A DNA stretch of 64,000 nt. Source: an uncultured Gemmatimonadales bacterium (GTDB lineage: Bacteria; Gemmatimonadota; Gemmatimonadetes; Gemmatimonadales; Gemmatimonadaceae). Made by a program: the position numbers and the translations under genes. The notes under the pieces are model-generated. The model did no database searches. It had not been told where the DNA came from and saw only the letters and a program-made list of their open reading frames with translations. The stretch spans positions 3,488,001 through 3,552,000 of the forward strand of contig OY969695.1 of NCBI GenBank assembly GCA_963701965.1, given 5' to 3'. Positions 47,397 through 56,609 of the stretch are shown here, one piece after another. Each line of letters starts with the position of its first letter. Within the stretch, counting starts at the first letter, position 1.

Positions 47397-47651
47397 GTGT
47401 ATTTCCTATGGTGGATCATCGTTGGACTGATCGCCGGTTGGGCGACCGGGCGCATCATGCGCGGAGCGGGCTACGGTCCGCTCATGGACATCATCCTCGG
47501 CATCGTGGGTGCTGTCATTGGCGGCTGGATCATGTCCGTGCTCGGCGTCGGCGGCGGCGGGATGATCTATACGATCGTTGTGGCGATCATCGGCGCCTGC
47601 ATTCTGGTCGCGCTCGCTCGGGCCGTCTCGGGGCGCCGGACGGCGCTATGA
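47397..47651 (+). CDS. GlsB/YeaQ/YmgE family stress membrane protein
   Basis: WIIVGLIAGWA...DIILGIVGAVIGGW...VAIIGACIL; 84 aa. Confidence 0.92.
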   Translation: MYFLWWIIVGLIAGWATGRIMRGAGYGPLMDIILGIVGAVIGGWIMSVLGVGGGGMIYTIVVAIIGACILVALARAVSGRRTAL

Positions 47652-48235
47652 ATATCGACTCGCTGGGCACGCTGTATCTGGAAGAGTTGCGGGACCTCTA
47701 TAGCGCCGAGCTCCAGATAAAAAAGGCGCTGCCCAAGATGATCAAGTCCGCGTCGAACGCCGAACTCAAGCGGGCGTTCGCCACCCATCTCCAGCAGACT
47801 GAAGGTCATGTCGATCGGCTCGAGCAGATTTTTCAGGACCTGGGGTCGAGCCCGCGGGGGAAGAAGTGCGTGGGCATGGAGGGCGTGATCAAGGAGGGCT
47901 CGGAGCTGATCCATGAGCGCCCGGACGCCAATGTGCTGGACGCCGGATTGATCTCGAAAGCGCAGCACATCGAGCACTACGAGCTGGCGGGATACGGGAC
48001 GGTGTGCGCCTGGGCCGACAAGCTCGGACATGGGCGGCATGCGCAGGTGTTGCGGCTGACGCTGGGCGAAGAGCGCGACACCGACCGCCTGCTCACGCAG
48101 CTGGCCGAGCGGTCGATCAATCTGGCCGCGGATCGCGCGCAAGCGAACGAACCCGAGCTGGCCGATCTGCCGCGGCGGTCCCCCGCCCGAAAGAAAAGCG
48201 TCTCGCGTCCGGCTGGAGAGCGCCCGCGCGCCTGA
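47648..48235 (+). CDS. YciF/DUF892 ferritin-like protein
   Basis: ELRDLYSAE...ALPKM...HLQQTEGHVDRLEQIF...DAGLI...IEHYE...YGT; ATGA overlap with the upstream gene. Confidence 0.92.
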   Translation: MNIDSLGTLYLEELRDLYSAELQIKKALPKMIKSASNAELKRAFATHLQQTEGHVDRLEQIFQDLGSSPRGKKCVGMEGVIKEGSELIHERPDANVLDAGLISKAQHIEHYELAGYGTVCAWADKLGHGRHAQVLRLTLGEERDTDRLLTQLAERSINLAADRAQANEPELADLPRRSPARKKSVSRPAGERPRA

Positions 48236-48293
48236 AGGTTTGGCAGCGCACGGCCTTACGCATCGGGGGGCGAATGCATAAGTTCGTCACCCG

Positions 48294-50042
48294 ATGCACC
48301 TGCGTCTCGCCATCTCGTGTGCCGCCCTTGTCGCCGCGCCAGTTTTGGCGCAGTCGGATACCGCCGCCGCGCGCGCGGTTTTCTCGGCGAATCTGGATGC
48401 GATCCACCACCACGATCGCCAGCGCTACCTCTCGTACTATCTCTCCACCGAAGGGCTGATCCGGAACGGTCCCGGCGGACCGGATCTGGGCTTCGCCGGG
48501 CTGGCATCGGCCCGCGATACGACGTGGCCGGACACGCTCATCGCGCGCGACCTTCGGGTCTGGTCGCTGGCGCCGGGCGTGGTCTACGGCACGTACCATT
48601 ATCGCGTCACGCAGCACGGGGTCACATCCGAGGGCATCTCGGAGCGGGTGTTCGTCCGCACGGCCAATGGTTGGAAGATCGCGGTAAGCACCGCGTTCGG
48701 TCTGCCGGCGGGTGCCGCGCCGCCACCCTTGGCCCTCGTGGGCGGCACTCTGGTCAACCCGTCGGCCGCGCCGGTGAGCAATGCCGCGGTCGTCTTCAAG
48801 GCCGGCCGCGTCGTGTGCGCGGGTCCCCGTGCGTCGTGTCCGGTGCCTCCGGGCACGGAAACGATCGACGTGCGGGGCAAGTTCATCGCGCCCGGGCTCA
48901 TCGACGCCCACGTCCATTACTCGCAGACGGGCTGGATCGACGGGCGGCCCGACGCCGGCGACGTCCGCAGCCAGTTTCCGTACGACTCGACGATCATCGC
49001 GCTGCGCGACCACCACGACCGGTTTGATCGCGCCTATCTCTGTACCGGCGTGACGGCGGTGTTCGACGTGGGCGGGTATCCGTGGTCGATAGAGTTGGCG
49101 CGCCGTCAGGACGCGTCGCTCGTCGCGCCCCACATGGCGGCGGCCGGTGGGCTCCTGTCGACGATCGATTTCTGGCTCAACCTGCCCGACCAAAAGCAGT
49201 TCATTTACATGCGGGACGACTCGACCGTGCGCGCCACGGTCCGCGCCCTGGCCCGCGCCGGTTCCTCGGCCATCAAGGTCTGGTATATCCAGGTGCCGGA
49301 CTCGCTGGCGGCCCATGCGCGGGCAATGTTGGAGGCCGCGGGTGATGAAAGCCGCCGCGTGGGACTGCCGTTGATCGTGCACGCCACGCAGCTGGCGCGG
49401 GCGAAGGAAGCGGTGGCCGCCGGCGCCCGGGTGCTGGTGCACGGTGTCGAAGACGCGCCGGTCGACAGCGCATTTCTCGCGCTGGCCAAGCAAAAAGGGG
49501 TCATCGACATCCCGACCATTACCGTGCTCAATGGGTACGCCGACGTGTGGGCCGGCCGGTCGCCGGGTGAGCGGTACCCGCTGGATTGTGTCGATCCTGT
49601 GACGCGCGCACACGTCGAAAGTGTTGCGCCGGCGCCAATACGGGCCAATCGCGCCGCGGCCTTTGAGCGCGTCGCCAAGACTCGCCGGATGATCGAAGCG
49701 AACGTCCGCGCCATGATGGCGGCGGGCATCCCGATCGCAATGGGCACGGACGCGGGGAATCCCGGCACCGTGCACGGGCCGAGCGTGTACGCGGAGATGG
49801 AGGCGATGCAGCACGCGGGGATGCCGGCCGCCGCCGTCTTTTCCGCGGCGACGGAAGTCTCGGCTCGCGCTATGGGCCGTCAAACCGATCTGGGGTCGCT
49901 GGCGCCGGGCAAAATCGCCGACGCCGTGGTGTTTGATGCCGACCCAGCGGCGGATGCGGTAAACATGCGTAGCGTGCGCTGGGTCGTGCGTGGGGGGGCG
50001 ATCTATGGGCGATCCGAGCTCCTTCCCGCTCGGTCGCGCTGA
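48294..50042 (+). CDS. Exported amidohydrolase with N-terminal NTF2/DUF4440-like domain
   Basis: Signal peptide; VFVRTANGWKI strand; PGLIDAHVH, AIK, VHA, VHG, GTDAG, GSLAPGKIADAV. Confidence 0.88.
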   Translation: MHLRLAISCAALVAAPVLAQSDTAAARAVFSANLDAIHHHDRQRYLSYYLSTEGLIRNGPGGPDLGFAGLASARDTTWPDTLIARDLRVWSLAPGVVYGTYHYRVTQHGVTSEGISERVFVRTANGWKIAVSTAFGLPAGAAPPPLALVGGTLVNPSAAPVSNAAVVFKAGRVVCAGPRASCPVPPGTETIDVRGKFIAPGLIDAHVHYSQTGWIDGRPDAGDVRSQFPYDSTIIALRDHHDRFDRAYLCTGVTAVFDVGGYPWSIELARRQDASLVAPHMAAAGGLLSTIDFWLNLPDQKQFIYMRDDSTVRATVRALARAGSSAIKVWYIQVPDSLAAHARAMLEAAGDESRRVGLPLIVHATQLARAKEAVAAGARVLVHGVEDAPVDSAFLALAKQKGVIDIPTITVLNGYADVWAGRSPGERYPLDCVDPVTRAHVESVAPAPIRANRAAAFERVAKTRRMIEANVRAMMAAGIPIAMGTDAGNPGTVHGPSVYAEMEAMQHAGMPAAAVFSAATEVSARAMGRQTDLGSLAPGKIADAVVFDADPAADAVNMRSVRWVVRGGAIYGRSELLPARSR

Positions 50043-50124
50043 CCGGGACAGTCCGTCCACGACGGACAGCGGACGGTGACCGGTGGCGCGGCGCAGAGGT
50101 TGCTTACAGGGCGGTATTGAGGAT

Positions 50125-50730
50125 ATGCCGGCCACCATGCGGAGACTCGCGATCGTCGTCTGTGCGCTTGCCGCGACAGGGTGTGGGTATCTCGACAACC
50201 TGCTCGCGCCGGCGCATCCGGAGACGACCAACTGGGTGAAGTTCGACCCGCCCGGTTGGTATCGCACGTTGTTCGTGGAGGCCGAGCAGTGCTCGGGGTT
50301 GGAGCGCAACTACCAGTCGCTGCGGTTCTACTATCACGTCCAGAAGGACACCAGCGACCACATCCTCGATAGCGACGGCCAGCCGGTGCTGGCCATGGAA
50401 GACGCGTGGTCGCGGCGCGTCTGGATCGGCTCGCAGTCGCTCGCCGATCCAATGGTCGTGGAGCACGAGATGATGCACTATCTCCTCGATGGCGTGGGTG
50501 GGCATCCGCCGAAGTACTTCGAGGACAAGTGTCATCTGCGGCCGTGGGTCTACACCCAGGCCGACTGGACCCGCGACCACAACATGATGTCGGCGTTCGC
50601 GGAGACCAACGGCTCGTTGGACCTGCCGGTGCTACCCGACGGACAGCCCGAACACAACGGGGCGGTCACCGGCTCCGACAGCTCCGACGTCGGCGTCCCG
50701 CAGGGCGCCGAGCCCCAGGGCGCCGACTAG
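50125..50730 (+). CDS. Hypothetical lipoprotein with HExxH motif
   Basis: Lipobox ATGC; VVEHEMMHYLL...GHP. Start 50125 or 50137. Confidence 0.75.
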   Translation: MPATMRRLAIVVCALAATGCGYLDNLLAPAHPETTNWVKFDPPGWYRTLFVEAEQCSGLERNYQSLRFYYHVQKDTSDHILDSDGQPVLAMEDAWSRRVWIGSQSLADPMVVEHEMMHYLLDGVGGHPPKYFEDKCHLRPWVYTQADWTRDHNMMSAFAETNGSLDLPVLPDGQPEHNGAVTGSDSSDVGVPQGAEPQGAD

Positions 50731-51227
50731 CGGCCCTGCTTCTTCCGGCTCTCTGCCGCCACGGTGGCGGCGATCGCCTCCAACTCGATGAGATGCTCCC
50801 GGTCTTTCGACCGCCCTGCCGCGCGCTTGGCGCGGATGAGCGCGTCGAGTGTCAGCGTGCGAAACCGTATGCCCGCGACCGCGAGTTCTTGAGACTCGGC
50901 GAGGCACTTGGCGTAATCGCCCACGCCCTTCACGACATCCATGATGTCGAACCACCCCTGGCTCGTCGTCAGCGTCAGTATCGGCGCCTGGTGCAGCGTC
51001 TTCGCATCCATGATGAAGGGCAGTCCTTTTTGGACGCCGCGGGGATACGCGTCCCACCGCGCCAGGAGAGCGGCGAGCCGGTCCAGGTTGTCGGGCGCCG
51101 TGTCGTAGCAGATGTCGATGTCGTCGGTCACGCGGGCCGAACCGTGGGCCGTCGCGGAAAAGCCACCGACGACGACAAAGCGAACGCCCGCGTCGACGAG
51201 TCCCGCAATGGTGCCGAGGAGGCTCAT
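50727..51227 (-). CDS. Pol-beta-like nucleotidyltransferase (AbiEii/MenT/DUF6036-like)
   Basis: VVVGG...HGSARVTDDID N-terminal motif, FDIM, and LIRAK...GRSKD C-terminal motif. Confidence 0.8.
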   Translation of the reverse strand: MSLLGTIAGLVDAGVRFVVVGGFSATAHGSARVTDDIDICYDTAPDNLDRLAALLARWDAYPRGVQKGLPFIMDAKTLHQAPILTLTTSQGWFDIMDVVKGVGDYAKCLAESQELAVAGIRFRTLTLDALIRAKRAAGRSKDREHLIELEAIAATVAAESRKKQGR

Positions 51228-51700
51228 CGTCGCGCTGCGCCGCGCAAGGCGCTCACGAATTGCGCGTTTTCGTTGAGCATCACGAGCCGTTCCTCCGGCG
51301 TCATCGCCAGGTGCTGATCGACGAGCGTGAGGTCGATCCCGTAGTCGCGAGCGCGGGCCCGGGCATCGCCGCGCGTGGCCCGTGGCCGGCCGCGGCGGAG
51401 CGGCTCATGCCGGGCGGCGAGTGACAGGCGACCGGCGTACGCCGACAGCAGGTGTGGCAGGTCGACCGTGATGTGCACATTCCCGTCGCCGGGGAGCGCG
51501 ACCCCCCCGGCCAGTGCCTTGGCCGCCAGGCGGTCGGCGCGCGGCAGCGCGACGCCGAGGGCTTGTTGGATGGCCCGGGCGACGGTGAGCCGGCGGGCAT
51601 TCTCGGCAGTGTAGGGGATGCGCCGGCGGAGCGCGGCGGCCGCGTTATGGACCCACTTCTCCGGCGCCCCGACCGCGATGGCGAACTGGGCTCGCGTCAT
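51224..51700 (-). CDS. Hypothetical DNA-binding protein, candidate antitoxin
   Basis: N-terminal HTH-like segment, RRGRPR, C-terminal YGIDLTL...MTPEERL; ATGA overlap with the NTase gene. Confidence 0.7.
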   Translation of the reverse strand: MTRAQFAIAVGAPEKWVHNAAAALRRRIPYTAENARRLTVARAIQQALGVALPRADRLAAKALAGGVALPGDGNVHITVDLPHLLSAYAGRLSLAARHEPLRRGRPRATRGDARARARDYGIDLTLVDQHLAMTPEERLVMLNENAQFVSALRGAARR

Positions 51701-51711
51701 GACTTAAATAT

Positions 51712-51726
51712 GTCTGACGCTCAGAC
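51712..51726. promoter_or_regulatory. Palindrome upstream of the HTH-NTase pair (candidate operator)
   Basis: GTCTGA-CGC-TCAGAC within a 35-nt AT-rich spacer. Confidence 0.45.
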
Positions 51727-51735
51727 TAAAAGCTA

Positions 51736-52980
51736 TTATTCGTACCGCAGGGCGGCGACGGGGTCCAATCGCGACGCGCGCAGGGCGGGGAGCAGGCCGA
51801 AGAACACGCCGGTGATGGCGCTGACGCCCAGCGAAGCGAAGAGCGCCACCGGCGGGATCGACGCCTCCACCGGGGTCACCGATCGAATGAGCCAGGTGGC
51901 GAGCCCGCCGAAGATGAGGCCAATGACGGCGCCAATGGTCGTGAGCGTCGCGGCCTCCACCAGGAACTGCCAGAGGATGGCCCCGCGCGTGGCGCCCAGC
52001 GCCTTCCGCACGCCGATCTCCCGCGTGCGCTCCGTGACACTGATCATCATGATGGCCACGACTCCCACGCCGCCCACGAGCAGCCCGATGGCCGAGAGGA
52101 CGATCATGACGAGGAAGAACACCAGCACAGTCTTGTTGTAGACCTCCATCACCTTTTCCTGACCGTAGATGAAGAAGGTATTGTCCGCCGACGGTCGCAG
52201 CCCGCGGCGGATGCGCAGGCTGCCGGTGACATCGTCCATGGCCTCGCCCTGCGCCACGCCTGCGCGCGGCTTGACCGTGATGTCGAGCCACTTGATGTTC
52301 ACCTTGAGCGACCGCCGCGCCGTCTCGAACGGCACCACGACTTTTGGTTTGTTCGCCGGATCGAACAGATTCCCGCGGGAGTGATAGACGCCAATGACTT
52401 GGTACGGCGCGTTGTCCAACGACACCAGGTTCCCGATGGCCCGCCCCGTGGGAAAGAGATCGCGCGCCACCACGTCGTTGATGAGCGCGACGTGGGCGCC
52501 GCCATCGTTCTCCCGCTGCGTGAACGTGCGCCCGGAGTCGATCTGTGCGGGATCGACCTCCGTCCACCCCGGCGTATAGGCATCGACGGTCGCCGCGCCC
52601 AGCGAGCGGTCGTTCACCCGCGCATACGCTGTCGTCCCGACGTGCACAATGACGGCGTGCACGCTGGCCAACGCGCCGATCGCGGTTGCCTCGGGCACCG
52701 TCAACGGCTTGTTGTGCCGCCACGGACAGCTGTCCGCGGACCCGCTGCAGCTGTTCACCTGCATCGGCCACCGCGTCACGTAGAATGTGGTGGGCCCGGC
52801 CGCGGCCAGGCTGGCCTCGACGCCGGAATTGATGCCGTGCACCGCCGCCGACATCGCGGTCACCACGAACACGCCGACGGCGATCCCCAGGATCGTCAGG
52901 CCGGCCCGCACGCGATTGCCCCGGATGGCATCAACGGCGATCAACACGCCCTCGGCCAGGGCCTGGACGGCGCGCCTCAT
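51736..52980 (-). CDS. ABC transporter permease (MacB/FtsX family)
   Basis: LTILGIAVGV, GGVGVVAIMMISVTERTREIGVRKALGA, PALRASRLDPVAALRYE. Confidence 0.95.
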   Translation of the reverse strand: MRRAVQALAEGVLIAVDAIRGNRVRAGLTILGIAVGVFVVTAMSAAVHGINSGVEASLAAAGPTTFYVTRWPMQVNSCSGSADSCPWRHNKPLTVPEATAIGALASVHAVIVHVGTTAYARVNDRSLGAATVDAYTPGWTEVDPAQIDSGRTFTQRENDGGAHVALINDVVARDLFPTGRAIGNLVSLDNAPYQVIGVYHSRGNLFDPANKPKVVVPFETARRSLKVNIKWLDITVKPRAGVAQGEAMDDVTGSLRIRRGLRPSADNTFFIYGQEKVMEVYNKTVLVFFLVMIVLSAIGLLVGGVGVVAIMMISVTERTREIGVRKALGATRGAILWQFLVEAATLTTIGAVIGLIFGGLATWLIRSVTPVEASIPPVALFASLGVSAITGVFFGLLPALRASRLDPVAALRYE

Positions 52981-54220
52981 TCGACGCGCAGGGCCACGAT
53001 GGGATCCAGCCGGGCCGCGCGACTCGCGGGGTAGGCGCCGGCCGCGATGCCCACACCGCCGCCCAATCCCACGGCGACGACCAGGGACCAGGGCGCGATC
53101 GCGGCCGGCAACGGCGAGGCGGCGGCCACGACGTGTGCCAGGCCGATCCCGAGGCCGATCCCGATGCCCGCGCCGATGAGGCTCAAGGTCGCCGATTCAC
53201 GAGGAACTGGGCCAGGATGTCGCGCCGCCGCGCCCCCAGGGACTTCCGGATGCCGATCTCGCGGGTCCGCTCGGCCACCGCGACCAGCATGATGTTCATG
53301 ATCACGATCGCGCCGACGATCAACCCAACCAATGGAAGAATCAGCCCGCCGTACACCATGAACGACTTGATTTGCTTCCAATCGCCGAGCGCCGACTCCG
53401 ACGTCTCGAAGACGAAGTCGTCGCCCTCGGCCGGGTGCAGCTTATGGCGGCGCCGCATCACGTCCCGCGTCCGATCTTCGGCGTCCAAGAGGGCGGGACC
53501 CAATGGCGCCTGCACCACGACGCCGTAGAGGCCCGAGCTCAAGCGCAACGCGTGCACCAACGAGGAGCGGAACGGCCCGATGATCTGGCGATCGAGGTCG
53601 AGACCGAAGAACGAACCTTGCGTCTCGAGCACGCCGACGACGGTGAACGGCAAGCCGTCGAGGCGCACTTCGCGGCCGAGGGGATCGAGATTGGGGAAGA
53701 GTTGCTCCGCGGTGGTCTTGCCGATGACCACCACGGGCGCGCCGTACTGGTCCTCTTCGGCGTCGAACAGTCGGCCGGCGGAGACGTGCAGGTCCTTGAT
53801 GGCGAAGTAATCGATGGTCACCGCCTCGACGATGACCTGCGGACCGCCCCGGGAGTATTGCGACCGCGGCGTCACCCACCGTGCCTGCTGGATCGCCCAG
53901 CGCGTGCCCGGCGGCAAGCCGTCGCGTACCGCTTCGGCATCCTCGGCCGTGATCAGCGGCCGGTGTTGCCAGTCGCGCCACGTCGCGGCCGAGACGTCGC
54001 CGGAGTTGAAATCCGGAAAGCGGCGGAGATTGAACGTGTTGACGCCGAGGAACTTCCCGGCGAAGTCGTCCTCGACGTAGCGGGACATGCCATTCACGAC
54101 CGCCACGACGGCGATCAAGAACATCACGCCAATGGTGACGCCCAACAGCGTGAACACGCTCTTGAGTTTCTGGACGCGGATTTGCGCCAAGGCCAGACGG
54201 ACGGCTTCCAGGATGGACAT
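52977..54220 (-). CDS. ABC transporter permease (MacB/FtsX family; one-base deletion near 53198)
   Basis: IMNIMLVAVAERTREIGIRKSLGA...QFLV, then ESATLS...PASRAARLDPIVALRVE in the adjacent frame. Confidence 0.9.
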
Positions 54221-54271
54221 GCGCTCCGCTCCAAGCAGTCCCCTTCCTACGCGGAAGCGCCCCTCAAAGTT

Positions 54272-54781
54272 TCAGCCCTTGAGGTTGATCGACAGCCCGG
54301 CGGCCATGAAGGTGACCCGGTCCGCGGCGGCCGCGACGAGGCGGTTGACCGCCCCTAGGGCGTCCCGATACGTCCGTGCCAAGGCGTTGTCGGGTACAAT
54401 GCCGAGACCGACTTCGTTGCTCACGACGATCCAGCTCGGCGTGCCGCGCCGGTAGGTCTCGATCAGGGTGCGCGTGGATCGCTCCAGCTCGCCGTCCAGG
54501 ACGTTGCTGACCCAGAGCGTCAGACAGTCGATGACGACGAGATCGTACGCGGTGCTGGCGCGCGCGATCGACGCGGCCAGATAGCGGGGCTCTTCCAGGG
54601 TCTGCCAATGGGCCGGACGCTCGCGCCGGTGCGCGGCGATCCGCACCGCCATCTCGTCGTCGAGTGCTTCGGCGGTGGCCACGAACAGCACGCGCGCGGC
54701 GCCACGCGCCAACTCCACGGCGCGCGAGCTCTTACCAGAGCGCGCGCCGCCCAGGATCAATGTCAGGGTTTTGTCAGGCAT
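54272..54781 (-). CDS. cobU: Adenosylcobinamide kinase / cobinamide-phosphate guanylyltransferase
   Basis: GGARSGKS, DDEMAVRIAAHR, DCLTLW, VSNEVGLGIVP, YRDALG. Confidence 0.95.
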   Translation of the reverse strand: MPDKTLTLILGGARSGKSSRAVELARGAARVLFVATAEALDDEMAVRIAAHRRERPAHWQTLEEPRYLAASIARASTAYDLVVIDCLTLWVSNVLDGELERSTRTLIETYRRGTPSWIVVSNEVGLGIVPDNALARTYRDALGAVNRLVAAAADRVTFMAAGLSINLKG

Positions 54782-56241
54782 CCGATGAGTTGAAAGATGC
54801 GGGCGACATCGACGTGGCGACACACGAGGTCGGCCAGTGCGTCGAAGGCGGCGTCGCGTCCTGGCGGAGCGGGACCGAGATCCAGTGCTAGGCCCTTCCA
54901 TCGGGCGAGCTGCGCCAGGATGGCGCGCCGAATGTCGGTCTCTTCGAATATCCCATGGATGTATGTGCCGACGACGCGACCGCTGGCGTCGGTCGTGAGC
55001 ACCGGCCGCTCTGGTCCGTCGGTCTGGCCATGGTGAATCTCGTATCCGGTCACCGCGCATCCCTCGGCGCCGGCGAGGAGTCCGGGAGCCGCTCCAGCGC
55101 GTGCCCGAACGACCCGTGTCGTCTTCGCGGACACGAAGGTCGTGTGCACGGGGAGCAGGCCGAGCCCTGGCACGGTCGCTGACGCTGACTCTACGTGGTC
55201 CGGATCGTGGATCGCGCCACCGAGCATTCGGTACCCGCCGCAGATTCCCATGATGGGCGCGCCGCTGGACTGGCGTGCCTGGAGCGCCGCGGCGAAACCG
55301 CTGGCGCGCAGCCACTCGAGGTCGGCGACCGTGGATTTCGTGCCGGGGAGAATGAGGAGATCGGGCTGGCCTAAGTCCTCGGCGCGACGGACGTAGCGGA
55401 CGCCAACGCCGCGCTCGCGCCGCAACGGATCGAAGTCATCGAAGTTGGCCATGTGGGGCAGATGGACGACGGCGATGTCGAGCCCGCATGGTTCGGGCGC
55501 GGTGGGGACGCCGAGAGAATCCTCTTCCGGCAACCCGAGATCGCCGGCATACGGCAGGACGCCGAGTGTCGGCACGCCGGTTCGCTCGGCGAGCATCTCC
55601 GGGCCCGGCGCGAGGAGAGCGGGGTCGCCGCGAAACTTGTTGATCAGGAATCCGCGCACCAGGGCGCGCTCGGCGTCGCCGAGAAGCATGACGGTACCGT
55701 ACAGCGAGGCGAACACGCCGCCGCGCTCGATGTCGCCGACGAGGAGGACGGGGGCATCCGCCCACCGGGCCACGCGCATGTTCACGATGTCGCGCGAGGC
55801 GAGGTTGATCTCGGCGGGGCTGCCGGCGCCCTCGATGATGACGATGTCGTGGGCGGCGCGGAGATCGTCCAGACTTTCGGTGACGATCGGCCACAAGGCG
55901 TCGCGCCGGGCGTAGTAGGCGGTCGCTTCCTCGGTGGCGAGGGGACGGCCGAGCACGACGACCTGGGACCGGCGGTCGTCGGTGGGTTTGAGCAGGATGG
56001 GATTCATCTGGACCGACGGCACGACGCCGGCGGCCTCGGCCTGCGTGTACTGCGCGCGTCCGATTTCCCCGCCCGCGGGAGTGACGGCGGCGTTCAACGA
56101 CATGTTCTGCGCCTTGAACGGCGCGACCCGATAGCCGGCGCGCGCGGCGATCCGACAGAGCGCCGTCACGATGGTCGATTTGCCGGCGTGGGACGCCGTG
56201 CCTTGCACCATGAGAGCCGCGCCCAACCGTTTCCCGCGCAC
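54763..56241 (-). CDS. cobQ: Cobyric acid synthase (CobQ/CbiP)
   Basis: MVQGTASHAGKS, PFKAQNMS, EGAGSPAEINL, PGTK, GICGG, GTYIHG. Confidence 0.97.
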   Translation of the reverse strand: MRGKRLGAALMVQGTASHAGKSTIVTALCRIAARAGYRVAPFKAQNMSLNAAVTPAGGEIGRAQYTQAEAAGVVPSVQMNPILLKPTDDRRSQVVVLGRPLATEEATAYYARRDALWPIVTESLDDLRAAHDIVIIEGAGSPAEINLASRDIVNMRVARWADAPVLLVGDIERGGVFASLYGTVMLLGDAERALVRGFLINKFRGDPALLAPGPEMLAERTGVPTLGVLPYAGDLGLPEEDSLGVPTAPEPCGLDIAVVHLPHMANFDDFDPLRRERGVGVRYVRRAEDLGQPDLLILPGTKSTVADLEWLRASGFAAALQARQSSGAPIMGICGGYRMLGGAIHDPDHVESASATVPGLGLLPVHTTFVSAKTTRVVRARAGAAPGLLAGAEGCAVTGYEIHHGQTDGPERPVLTTDASGRVVGTYIHGIFEETDIRRAILAQLARWKGLALDLGPAPPGRDAAFDALADLVCRHVDVARIFQLIGCLTKP

Positions 56242-56323
56242 GGATCGAGGCTAGTGGCCCGGCACCGCGCGCGCCAGTTGCGCGTCCGCCCGCGCCGACG
56301 TACGATTGCCTCCACAACTGTAG

Positions 56324-56485
56324 GCGAACGGGGCTCACGGAAGTCCGGTGGAATACCGGCGCGGCCCCGCCACTGTAAGAGGTGTTCCGGATGTGCTCGG
56401 ATTGTGCCACTGCTCGCGCGACATTGCGTCGCGCGGCGGCAAGGCGAGCACTGCTGCCTCGAGCCAGGAGACGCGTCTCGTTCGC
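56324..56485 (+). ncRNA. Cobalamin riboswitch
   Basis: GGAAGTCCGGTGGAATACCGGCGCGGCCCCGCCACTGTAA core, GCCACTG...GGCAAGG, AGCCAGGAGAC B12 box, closing stem GCGAACGGG / CTCGTTCGC; lies upstream of btu genes. Confidence 0.92.
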
Positions 56486-56609
56486 TCCCGCGTGTGACAC
56501 CCTCGAGGGAGGGGTGCGGGGCGATCTCAACCGGTAGCCGCGCACACCGTCGCCGCTCCGGACAATCGCCCGTCGCCTTCCCGACCAAAGGGGAGGAGGT
56601 GGGCGAAAC

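Noticed and set aside
4435..53200. Programmed frameshifting or phase variation at the five indels
   Set aside because: No slippery heptamers or long homopolymers, both +1 and -1 types occur, and the genes are unrelated; sequencing error is simpler.
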